NCBI GenBank assembly: GCA_963783385.1 | Contig: CAWANJ010000007.1 | Span: 96,001-160,000 of the forward strand | Origin: an uncultured Gemmatimonadales bacterium | Lineage (GTDB): Bacteria; Gemmatimonadota; Gemmatimonadetes; Palauibacterales; Palauibacteraceae | DNA: 64,000 nucleotides | Reading direction: 5' to 3' | Part shown: positions 17,843-26,604 of the stretch, one piece after another | How positions within the stretch are numbered: position 1 is the stretch's first letter | How the letters are laid out: every line of letters begins with the position of its first letter | Program-made: the position numbers and the translations under genes | The notes under the pieces: generated by a model | Told to the model about the DNA's origin: nothing | Database searches by the model: none | Seen by the model: the letters and a program-made list of their open reading frames with translations, nothing else

Positions 17843-19745
17843 CGTGTGTCGCGGGGAGCCGGGGCTGGAGTCGGGCCCCGGCTCCGTCGAAGCCCTGGCG
17901 CGGATCGCCCTCCGGGGCGCATGGCCCGGTGAGTCGGAGTTCCCGATGGGCGCCGGCGGCGGCGAGCGCTCCGGCCCGCCCGGAGCGGGGCCGCTCCCGT
18001 CCTGGGTCGGGGGCTTGGCGGCCTGGGCGGAGCGAGGGAGGGGCCGGGCCGGGGTGGACTCCGCGCCGTGCGCGCGGACGGAGGAGCCGCTCCCGTTCCA
18101 GGACATCCTCCTTCCCCTGGTCGAGATCGCCGGTGAGCGCCTGGCGTCGCGCCCCGAGCTTCCGTCGGGCGCCTTCGCACCGAGCGCCCACGCCGACCTG
18201 GAGCGCGGCCTGCTGCTGTGGCTGTGCCAGCTGTGTGGTCCCGCGCTGCTGCATGAGTTCTCGCTGTATCGGCTGACACGCCAGTCGGCGCTCGACAGGA
18301 TCGGGAGCCGTGCGGGGGGGCGAGCCCTGTACGAGTCCTTCGCGCGCGATGTCCTGTGTGGCGACTTGCTCCTCTTGCTGGGCGAGTACGGGGCCCTTGC
18401 GCGACTGGCCACCGTGGTCGTCGACCGCTGGACCGACATGGCCGCCGAGCTGGGCCGCCGCGCGGCCGCGGACCGCGAGCTCCTCGGGCGAGCCTTCACG
18501 CGGGGACGCGATCCGGGGCGGGTCAGCGCCGTACGCTGGCTCTCCATGGACCGCCACGAGGGTGGGCGGGTGATCCTGGCCGTGCGCTTCGAGTCCGGGC
18601 TCCACCTGGTCTACAAGCCGCGGCCGGTGGCGCTGGAACAGCGGTTCTCCGAGCTGGTCGGGTGGCTCGATCGCCGGGGGCGGCTCCGGCCGCGTCTGCG
18701 CGTCGCCCGGGTCGTGCCCCGCGGAGGCTACGGCTGGATGGAGGTGATCCGTCACGCCCCCTGTCGGGACATCGCCGCGGCCGAACGTTTCTACCGGAGG
18801 GCGGGGAGCCTGCTCGCCCTCGTGCACGCCCTGGGCGGCGTCGACTTCCACATGGAGAACCTCATCGCCCACGGGGAGCACCCCGTGCTGGTGGACATGG
18901 AGTCGATCATGTATCCCCGGGCGCTCCCCGCAGCGGTCTCGAGCCCCGAGCCGTCGGACGGGAATCCTCCGGTTGGGCTCACGGACTCGGTCCTGGCCAC
19001 CGACCTCCTGCCGCGCGAGCACGACGCTCGTCCCTTCGCCTGCAGCGGGCTGGCCGGCGGCACGGAATTCGGCTCGGGATCTGTCGAGAGACGGAAATGG
19101 GATGCCGTGAACACCGACGACATGGCCTTGCGCCTGGGGCCGGCGACCGTTCGCCGCCCCGAGAACCTCCCGAGCCTCGGTGGCGAGAGACTCGACCCTT
19201 CGCAGTTCCGGGAAGAGATCGTCGAGGGGTTCTCGTCGACGTACGGAATGCTCGTGGAGACGCGCGAGTCCCTCCTGGCGCCGGACGGCGCGTGGCTCCG
19301 GTTCGCGGGTCTACCCGTACGCTTCGTACCCCGTCCGACGCACGTCTACGGCTGGATCGAGCGCCGGGCCGGGCGTCCCGAATGCCTGTTGAGCGGCGCC
19401 GACCGGGACGCCGAGCTTGACGTCCTGGAGCGTTCCTCCGCGAGTTGGGATCCCCGCCGCCGATCACACTTCGAGCGCCTGGTCGCCTCCGAGCGCAGAG
19501 CGCTCCGGGAGTGGGACATCCCGTGCTTCCGAACGCTCACCGACAGCCGCGACCTGCCGCTGCCGGGTGACGGCCTCCTGAAGGACTTCTTCGAGCAGTC
19601 GGGCTACGAGCGAGCCACCCGACGGCTCCAGCGGATGGACGAGGCGGACCTCGAGGTCCAGGTCGGCCACATCGTCCGCGCCCTCCAGGGTCGGACGCCC
19701 ATCGGTCGACCGTCCGCGCATCAGTCCATCTCGGCGTCGCCGTGA
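17829..19745 (+). CDS. LanM-type dehydratase domain only (DUF4135), no LanC cyclase
   Basis: DRHEGG, YKPR, YGWME, FYRRAGSLL, DFHMEN, VDMES, RPTHVY and DIPCF motifs. Ends right after DLEVQVGHIVRAL. The start overlaps the 3' end of the precursor. Confidence 0.9.
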   Translation: MEVASVCRGEPGLESGPGSVEALARIALRGAWPGESEFPMGAGGGERSGPPGAGPLPSWVGGLAAWAERGRGRAGVDSAPCARTEEPLPFQDILLPLVEIAGERLASRPELPSGAFAPSAHADLERGLLLWLCQLCGPALLHEFSLYRLTRQSALDRIGSRAGGRALYESFARDVLCGDLLLLLGEYGALARLATVVVDRWTDMAAELGRRAAADRELLGRAFTRGRDPGRVSAVRWLSMDRHEGGRVILAVRFESGLHLVYKPRPVALEQRFSELVGWLDRRGRLRPRLRVARVVPRGGYGWMEVIRHAPCRDIAAAERFYRRAGSLLALVHALGGVDFHMENLIAHGEHPVLVDMESIMYPRALPAAVSSPEPSDGNPPVGLTDSVLATDLLPREHDARPFACSGLAGGTEFGSGSVERRKWDAVNTDDMALRLGPATVRRPENLPSLGGERLDPSQFREEIVEGFSSTYGMLVETRESLLAPDGAWLRFAGLPVRFVPRPTHVYGWIERRAGRPECLLSGADRDAELDVLERSSASWDPRRRSHFERLVASERRALREWDIPCFRTLTDSRDLPLPGDGLLKDFFEQSGYERATRRLQRMDEADLEVQVGHIVRALQGRTPIGRPSAHQSISASP

Positions 19746-19746
19746 A

Positions 19747-20304
19747 TCAGGCGCTTCCCATGGCGCCGCCTCCCGCGCCGGAAGCGCCCCCGGACTCACC
19801 GGCCGTCCCGCGCGAGACCGCGATCGCCGGCGCGCTGCACAGCGTCTGGTAGACCACGCAATAGCGTTCGGTGAGGCGCTGGAGGGTGTCGAGCTCCTCC
19901 CCGGAGGCGTCGGTGTCGAGGTCGAAGCGGAGGCGGATGGCCTGGAAGCCCACCGGCGCCTCCCGGTCCACGCCCAGGGTGCCCCGGAAGTCCAGGTCGC
20001 CGTCGGCGTGGACGGTGCCCTCCCGGATCTCGATCCCCAGCGCCGTGGCGACGGCGTTCAGCGTCACGCCGGCGCACGCGGCCAGCGCCTCCAGGAGCAT
20101 GTTGCCGGAGCAGGCGTGCAGGCCGCTGCCTCCGGTGGCCGGGTGGAGTCCTGCCTCCACGAGCGCCCTGCCGGTCTCTACCCGGCAGGTGACGTCCTCG
20201 CCCAGGCGGCCCTCCGCCTCGAGCGTGATGAGCGCGGCCTCCGGCTGGTCGCGGTAGCGCTCCTTGAGGGGCGCCTGCAGGGATCGGAGCTCGTCGGATC
20301 TCAT
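19747..20304 (-). CDS. OsmC family protein
   Basis: LEALAACAGVTL, DLDFRGTLGV and TERYCVVYQTL. Confidence 0.9.
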   Translation of the reverse strand: MRSDELRSLQAPLKERYRDQPEAALITLEAEGRLGEDVTCRVETGRALVEAGLHPATGGSGLHACSGNMLLEALAACAGVTLNAVATALGIEIREGTVHADGDLDFRGTLGVDREAPVGFQAIRLRFDLDTDASGEELDTLQRLTERYCVVYQTLCSAPAIAVSRGTAGESGGASGAGGGAMGSA

Positions 20305-20363
20305 GGCATCAGGTCCGGTCGGGGTTCGAGTGGTTCGGAAGGCGCGCGGTCACGGCGCGTGGC

Positions 20364-20795
20364 TCACCGCGGGCGCCAGTCCTCGGCCTCGCGCGCCGCG
20401 CCCGCCGCCGCCAGCGCCCGCTCGATGCGGCGATCCGGCACCAGCCACATCAGCGCCACGAAGACGTACACCGCATCGGCGATCCAGGGTCGAAGGAACG
20501 CGGCCGGGATCGCGGCGGCGTACAGCACCGGCGACAGCTTCCCCTTGAGGTCCCGGCCCACGGCCGCGGCCAGCACGGAGTCCCGGCCCTGCCCGGCGAG
20601 GATGGCCCCCTGCAGGATCCAGTAGGCGATTGCCGCCATCAGGAGGACGATGCCGTACAGCGCGGTCGGGACGGCCGCGAAGCTGTTCTCGCCCATCCAC
20701 CCGGTGACGAACGGGACGAGGGACAGCCAGAACAGGAGGTGCAGGTTGGCCCACAGCACGCCGCCGCTGAACGCCTGCAACCGGTCAGTGCCCAC
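20364..20795 (-). pseudogene. TMEM175/DUF1211 channel with an in-frame internal deletion
   Basis: RLQAFS (family RLEAFSD motif) joins directly to GGVLWANLHLLFWLSLVPF. The intervening TM1/TM2 region (about 55 aa including YWxNHH) is missing. Confidence 0.75.
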
Positions 20796-20823
20796 GAGCC
20801 GGGCTCCGGTTCGTCGGGTTGGC

Positions 20824-21318
20824 TCAAGCGTCCGCGGGGGGCACGGGGATGACGAGCCGCGGGAGGAGGCGAGCCGTGCCGGCCACGGGCGCGGGCACCC
20901 AGCCCATGCGAACGGCTCCCATGCGGACGTAGAAGGACTCGGCGTGAGGATCCGCGTCCACCTGCAGGGTCGGGTATCCCCTCAGCGCCGTCCGCGCCAC
21001 GGCGTGCTCGAGCAGCCTGCGTCCCAGGCCGCGGCCCATGAACCGTGGATCCATCCACAGGTGCTCCAGCGCGGCCCGGTCCCCGAACGCCAGGCAGTAG
21101 AACCCGACGGGCTGGTCGGAGCCGCGCGCCACGAACACCTCGCGGTTCTCGAGGTCGATCCTGGAGAGGGTGAGCTGTGGCCCCCACTCCTGGAGCCAGT
21201 CGGCCGGATAGCCCCAGTGCGCCTTGGAGCGGAGGGCCAGCGCGCTCAGCGCCTGGACCTCGCTCACGCGGGCCGGTCCGATCGTGAACTCCTCGGGTGA
21301 TGGGGTTGAATCGGCCAC
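20824..21318 (-). CDS. GNAT family N-acetyltransferase
   Basis: RSKAHWGY, LEHLWMDP..GRGLGRRL and ADPHAESFY. GTG at 21318 with GGAGG upstream. Confidence 0.9.
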   Translation of the reverse strand: MADSTPSPEEFTIGPARVSEVQALSALALRSKAHWGYPADWLQEWGPQLTLSRIDLENREVFVARGSDQPVGFYCLAFGDRAALEHLWMDPRFMGRGLGRRLLEHAVARTALRGYPTLQVDADPHAESFYVRMGAVRMGWVPAPVAGTARLLPRLVIPVPPADA

Positions 21319-21410
21319 CGGGCTTGTTTTCCTCCGGTATCTGGTATACGGTTCTCGTTCGGCGCTTCGCACCTCACACTGCACCTTGTGCCATGGTGGC
21401 CCGGATCTCA

Positions 21411-22040
21411 ATGCCTCGACCTTCCCGTCCACCCGTCGCAGCCATTCCGACGCTGGTCCTCGTGGTCGCTTGCGCGGTGGGACTGACGCTCGCCGACACC
21501 ACGCCTCTGCACGCGCAGCAGCCCTCGGGCAACCCGGCGGATGTGCAGTTCATGTCCGGGATGATCATCCACCACGAGCAGGCCGTTCTCATGGCCGGAT
21601 GGGCGCCGACCCACGGCGCGGGGCCGGCGGTGGCCAGGCTGTGCCGAAAGATCTCCGTCTCCCAGCGCGACGACATCGATCTCATGAAGCGCTGGCTCCA
21701 GGAGCACGGCCATTCGATTCCGGACACGAGCTGGGTGTTCGACTACGAGGGGTCCGGCATGCGGACTCACAAGCTCATGGCCGGGATGCTGACCGCCGAC
21801 CGGCTGGCCGCGCTGGACGCGGCTCGTGGTGAGGAGTTCGACCGCCTGTTCCTCGAGGGCATGATCGGTCATCATGCGGGCGCGGTCACGATGGTCAAGA
21901 ACCTCCTGGCCTCGCCCGGCGGAGCCCAGGACAACTTCGTGTTCGAGTTCGCGACGGACATCAACTCGAGTCAGACGGTCGAGATCCACCTCATGCAGCG
22001 CATGCTGGTGGCGCTGCCGGCCGACGCGACGAAGCCGTAG
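21411..22040 (+). CDS. DUF305 (ferritin-like, CopM-like) exported protein
   Basis: DVQFMSGMIIHHEQA and FLEGMIGHHAGAVTM double-HH motifs plus a signal peptide. Confidence 0.9.
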   Translation: MPRPSRPPVAAIPTLVLVVACAVGLTLADTTPLHAQQPSGNPADVQFMSGMIIHHEQAVLMAGWAPTHGAGPAVARLCRKISVSQRDDIDLMKRWLQEHGHSIPDTSWVFDYEGSGMRTHKLMAGMLTADRLAALDAARGEEFDRLFLEGMIGHHAGAVTMVKNLLASPGGAQDNFVFEFATDINSSQTVEIHLMQRMLVALPADATKP

Positions 22041-22081
22041 TCGTCCCCGTCGCCACACACCCTTCACGCGGAGAGTTTCCC

Positions 22082-24193
22082 GTGGCTCCTGTCCCAGCCG
22101 TCCCACGCCTTCATGCACGTTGGAGCGTCGCCGCCCGCCGCCTGTGGGCTGTGCCGGCGGCGTTCGCGCTCGCATCTTTCATGGCCTGTGCCTCGTCCGG
22201 GACACAGTCCGACATGAGCGCGTCGCCAGCCGCGAGCGCGGCGCCGGCCGCCGACATGTCCACGTCCCCGCCGAGCCCCGATCCGCGGGTCGGACTGCGC
22301 GCGGGCTGGATGGATGCGGGTCAGGCCATCTGGAACATGCGGCTGGTGTCGGCCACCGAGCCGCCCGACGGGTTCATCGACCGCGACAAGCCCGGCGACT
22401 TCGCCTACATCAACTCCGACCTCGCGTTCACGGGCCACTACGTGGTGCAGGGGAACTTCTGGGGCATCCAGATCTGGGATGTGGCCGACCCCGCGCACCC
22501 GCACGCCGTCACCGCGCTGGTGTGCCCCGGCTCCCAGAACGACGTGTCGGTCTACCGTAACCTCCTGTTCGTGTCGGTCGAGTCACCCGCCGGGCGCGTC
22601 GACTGCGGCACGCAGGGCGTGCAGGACTCGGTGAGCCCGGACCGCATGCGCGGCATCCGGATCTTCGACATCAGCGACGTCGCGCACCCGAAGCAGATCG
22701 CCGACGTGCAGACCTGCCGCGGCTCGCACACCCACACGGTGGTCACCTCCCCGAACGATCCCGACGACGTGTTCATCTACGTCTCGGGCCAGGCTCCCGT
22801 ACGGTCCCCGAGCGAGCTCGATGGCTGCTCGGCGCTGACGCCCGACCAGGATCCGAACAGCGAGCTGTTCCGGATCGAGGTGATCCAGGTGCCGTTGGCG
22901 CACCCCGAGCAGGCGAAGGTGGTGAGCAAGCCGGCCATCCTGGCCGGTCTCACGCACGCCGGGGAGCACGGTCCGGCCGAGGTGGACATCGAGGCCGCCA
23001 GGAAGGCGGCGGCCGACGCACGGGCGCAGGGGAAGTTCACCGTGGAGATCCAGGGGATCGAGCGCGTGCTGCCCGATCGCTACGCCGACCACATGCTGGA
23101 CAGCCTGGTGACCGCTCGCGGCGGCAGTGGCGCGCCCACGACCGCGGACAGCGCCACCCTGCGCGAGCAGGTGCAGGGGATCGTCGACAAGATGATGAAC
23201 CCGCCGGCCGGCCCCGGGGGAGCGCGTCCGGGCCCGGTGCAGTGCCACGACATCACCGTCTACCCGGAGATCGGGTTGGCCGGCGGCGCCTGCGCCGGCT
23301 ACGGCCTGCTGCTCGACATCCGCGACCCGGTGCATCCGCGGCGCCTGGCCGCGGTGGCGGACTCGAACTTCGCGTACTGGCACTCGGCCACCTTCAGCAA
23401 CGATGGCAGCAAGCTCCTGTTCACCGACGAGTGGGGCGGGGGGCTGCAGCCGCGCTGCCGCTCGACGGACAATCCGCACTGGGGCGCGGACGCCATGTTC
23501 CGGCGCGCGGGCGGCTCGCTGGAGTTCGAGGGGTACTACAAGCTGCCCGCCCCGCAGACCTCGCAGGAGAACTGCGTGGCCCACAACGGGTCGCTGGTGC
23601 CGGTGCCGGGCCGCGACATCTTCGTGCAGGCGTGGTACCAGGGCGGCATTTCCGTGGTCGACTGGACCGACCCGGCGCACCCGAAGGAGATCGCCTTCTT
23701 CGACCGGGGACCCATGGACGCGACCAAGCTCGTGGGCGCCGGCTCCTGGTCCGCCTACTGGTACAACGGGCACATCTACAGCTCGGAGATCGCGCGCGGA
23801 CTGGACGTGCTGGACCTCGTGCCGAGCGGGCTCCTGTCGAAGAACGAGATCGAGGCGGCCAGGCAGGTCCGCTTCGACCACCAGAACGTGCAGGACCAGC
23901 AGCGCTTCGTGTGGCCCCGGAGCGTCGCCGTGGCGCGTGCCTACCTGGACCAGCTCGAGCGCTCCCACGGGCTCTCGCCCGACCGTCTCGCGGCGGCGAG
24001 GACGGCCCTGGACCGGGCCGAGGCGCTCACGGGCGCCGAGCGCACCCGGGTGCTGGAGGAACTCTCGCGGCGGATCGACGGGTACGTGGCGAGCGCGCCT
24101 GATGCCGCCAAGGTGAGGCTCCTGGCCGCGGAGGTGCGGCGGGAGGCGGGCGCCGCGGACCGGACCACCGCGGCCAGGAGGGCCGCGAACTAG
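22082..24193 (+). CDS. LVIVD-repeat beta-propeller lipoprotein
   Basis: Lipobox FMAC, NSDLAF, CRGSHTHT, CHDITV, TDEWGGG and CVAHNG. Follows the DUF305 gene. Confidence 0.85.
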   Translation: MAPVPAVPRLHARWSVAARRLWAVPAAFALASFMACASSGTQSDMSASPAASAAPAADMSTSPPSPDPRVGLRAGWMDAGQAIWNMRLVSATEPPDGFIDRDKPGDFAYINSDLAFTGHYVVQGNFWGIQIWDVADPAHPHAVTALVCPGSQNDVSVYRNLLFVSVESPAGRVDCGTQGVQDSVSPDRMRGIRIFDISDVAHPKQIADVQTCRGSHTHTVVTSPNDPDDVFIYVSGQAPVRSPSELDGCSALTPDQDPNSELFRIEVIQVPLAHPEQAKVVSKPAILAGLTHAGEHGPAEVDIEAARKAAADARAQGKFTVEIQGIERVLPDRYADHMLDSLVTARGGSGAPTTADSATLREQVQGIVDKMMNPPAGPGGARPGPVQCHDITVYPEIGLAGGACAGYGLLLDIRDPVHPRRLAAVADSNFAYWHSATFSNDGSKLLFTDEWGGGLQPRCRSTDNPHWGADAMFRRAGGSLEFEGYYKLPAPQTSQENCVAHNGSLVPVPGRDIFVQAWYQGGISVVDWTDPAHPKEIAFFDRGPMDATKLVGAGSWSAYWYNGHIYSSEIARGLDVLDLVPSGLLSKNEIEAARQVRFDHQNVQDQQRFVWPRSVAVARAYLDQLERSHGLSPDRLAAARTALDRAEALTGAERTRVLEELSRRIDGYVASAPDAAKVRLLAAEVRREAGAADRTTAARRAAN

Positions 24194-24331
24194 GCTCCCG
24201 AGGGACCTCGTGGGGACGGGATCCGGCTCAGGCCGGGTCCCGCGAACGGGCGGGCGTGGCGCGGGCCGGCTTCGGCGGGTCCGCGCCACGCCCGTTCGGC
24301 TCTCGGGGAAGAGCCGGAGGCCCCCTCCCGT

Positions 24332-25814
24332 TCAGTCCGTCTTGCCCGTCATCGTGCAGGGCTTGTCGTGCAGGTACTTGGTCGCCTTCTTCTTCCAGAT
24401 CTCCTTCTGTCCCTGGTCGATGGTCAGGCCGAAGAACCCGAGCTTGTAGCCCACCACGGACATGAGCTGCGTCTCGCCCATCTGACACGGGGGGATGTCG
24501 CCCGTCAGTACGGTGCCCGGCTGGAACATGCTCGAGCTGTAGGCCTTGACGGTCACGAACGCCGTCGCCGTGCCGAGGACGGAGAGCTCGATCCTCGGGA
24601 ACTCGATTCCGACCGCGAAGCCGACCGGGTAGTGGCCGGCCGACACCGTCTCCCCGTTCACCCCGATGTTGCTGTCGTGCAGCCCTCCCCACGGCGTCGG
24701 GAGCGTGTTGTTCGTCTCGAAGCCCTGGTCGCTCCTGTAGGTCACCTTCCAGCTGCCGCTGCTGCTCGCGTCGGGCGGGACGAGCTGCGGCACGACCTGC
24801 AGGACGGCCTTCAGGTGGAGAACGGCCACGATGGGTCCGACGTCGAAGGGGATCGGCAGGTCCACCGGGACCTTGAACGCCGTGACCTCCGTCACCCCCT
24901 TCTCGCCCATCGTGAAGGCCGACCACTTGATCTCCATCTGGCCCTGGAGGCCGGTCGTCTTCACGACGATGTGGTCGGGGGTCATTCTGGTCGTAGCTCA
25001 GCAGCGTCTCCTGCGTGAAGTTGCTGATCCATCCGCTGGCGTGGATGGCCATGAACTTCTTGCCGCCGGCCGACCTGGAGGCGACGAGGTCCATGTTCAC
25101 TCGCTTCCCCGTGGGCTGGAGCTTGTACTCCAGGTCCCAGCCCCTGTACTTCTCCTTGAGGGAGAGGCTCGGAGCGCCGCCGGCCGCCAGCGGACGATCC
25201 GGGGCGACGACCAGGGACGCGAAGCGGACGGGTGTGACCGGCGGGACGGCGACCGGCCCCGGTCGCCGCGGATCTCCGACGGGCCCTGGCCGCGGACCGT
25301 CGGCCGGGGCGTGCCACATGGCCTGCTGCATGGCCTCGTAGCTTCCAGGCGGCAGGTGGCCCCAATCGATGGCGTAGTTCCAGGAGATCGTGCCGTTGCG
25401 AATCGCCTCGGCGAGCGTGGCGGGCGCGGTCTGAACGTCGATCTCGCCGCCCTCCGTGCTCACCGCGGAGACCTTCCGGAGCGTCAAGCCGGACAGGAGG
25501 AGCACCTGGCCCGGCTTGAGCCGTTCGACGGCGCCCGTCCCGGCCTTGAACCGGTACACCGTGCTGTCCGAGCCCGGGCCCAGGTAGCTGGACTGCACGG
25601 TCCGACGATCCAGCACGACGGTGTTGTCCGTGTAGGTCACGTCGTAGTGCGTCTCGAGGCCCGGCACGGTCCCCGCCGCCTGATCTCCCGAGCCCTCCCC
25701 GGCAGCTGCCTGCCCGGCGGGTCCGGACTTCCTCTGACGTCCGCACCCGGCGGCAGCGAGCGCGAACAGCAGGACGACGAGCGAGCCGCGCCGCGGCGTG
25801 GCGAGCGGGCGCAT
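24332..25814 (-). CDS. Hypothetical beta-rich lipoprotein, frameshifted at about 24985
   Basis: ATG 25814 and lipobox AAAGC. Codon-biased coding switches frame from ..ETLLSYDQN to TPDHIVVKTTG.. and ends at 24332. Confidence 0.7.
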
Positions 25815-25861
25815 GGCAGGCCTCCTTTCGGCGACGTGTGGAAGCGGCACCGTGGGGTCGT

Positions 25862-26443
25862 TCACAGCCGCGACAGCGCGAGGCGCGCGAGGGGCCGGAA
25901 GTTCTTGGCGGCGTGGGGGAGCTCCGCGGTATTGAAGTCGAGCAGCGTGTCGCCCACCAGCACGTACGAGTCCATGATGTCGCTGAACACGGCCAGGTCC
26001 CCGAGCCCCGGGACCGGCCCGGGCACCACGATGCTGTCCGAGTTGACGTCCGGAGACTCCATCATCCGGGCGGCCATCCGGGTGGCGGTCTGGTCGATCT
26101 TCCACTCCTCCCGGCCGCCCTGCCAGTAGACGGTCAGTCCGAAGTAGATTCGGTCGCTCGTCGGGCTCTCGTACCAGCACTCCGACTTCGTCGCCGTGCC
26201 GGGCCTCGGCGTGGCGACGACCGGCTTTCCCACTGCCGCCTGGAGGTCCTTGGCCGTGAGGACGTCACAGGCGCTGCGGAGGGCGCTCGAGGCCGGCGCT
26301 GCGGATGCCGAGGCGTCGGCGGAGGATGCCGAGTCGGAGGAGGCTCGCTCGCTGCCGGAGGAGCCGCACGCGAGGAGGATGGCGCACAGGAGGACGACGG
26401 GGGACTGCCGGAGCACGGCGGGGCACGGCCGGAGCACGGACAT
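25862..26443 (-). CDS. Hypothetical lipoprotein
   Basis: ATG 26443 after GGAGGG, lipobox LLAC, Ser/Ala linker and ACDVLT..SECWY Cys pair. Confidence 0.75.
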   Translation of the reverse strand: MSVLRPCPAVLRQSPVVLLCAILLACGSSGSERASSDSASSADASASAAPASSALRSACDVLTAKDLQAAVGKPVVATPRPGTATKSECWYESPTSDRIYFGLTVYWQGGREEWKIDQTATRMAARMMESPDVNSDSIVVPGPVPGLGDLAVFSDIMDSYVLVGDTLLDFNTAELPHAAKNFRPLARLALSRL

Positions 26444-26604
26444 GGCTCCCTCCAGATCGAGGCGAACGGCGAGCGCCGGATGCCGGCTATGGCCGCCGAC
26501 GGGGGCCCGGCCTACCATGAACTGAAATAACTCGTGCCTCCTGGCGGCACCACGGTCGGCTCGCCCGGCCGCGTCCGCCCCCCCGGACCACACGGGAGGA
26601 GCCC

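Noticed and set aside
17829-19745. Complete class II lanthipeptide synthetase cluster
   Set aside because: No LanC zinc-cyclase domain, LanT or immunity genes are present.
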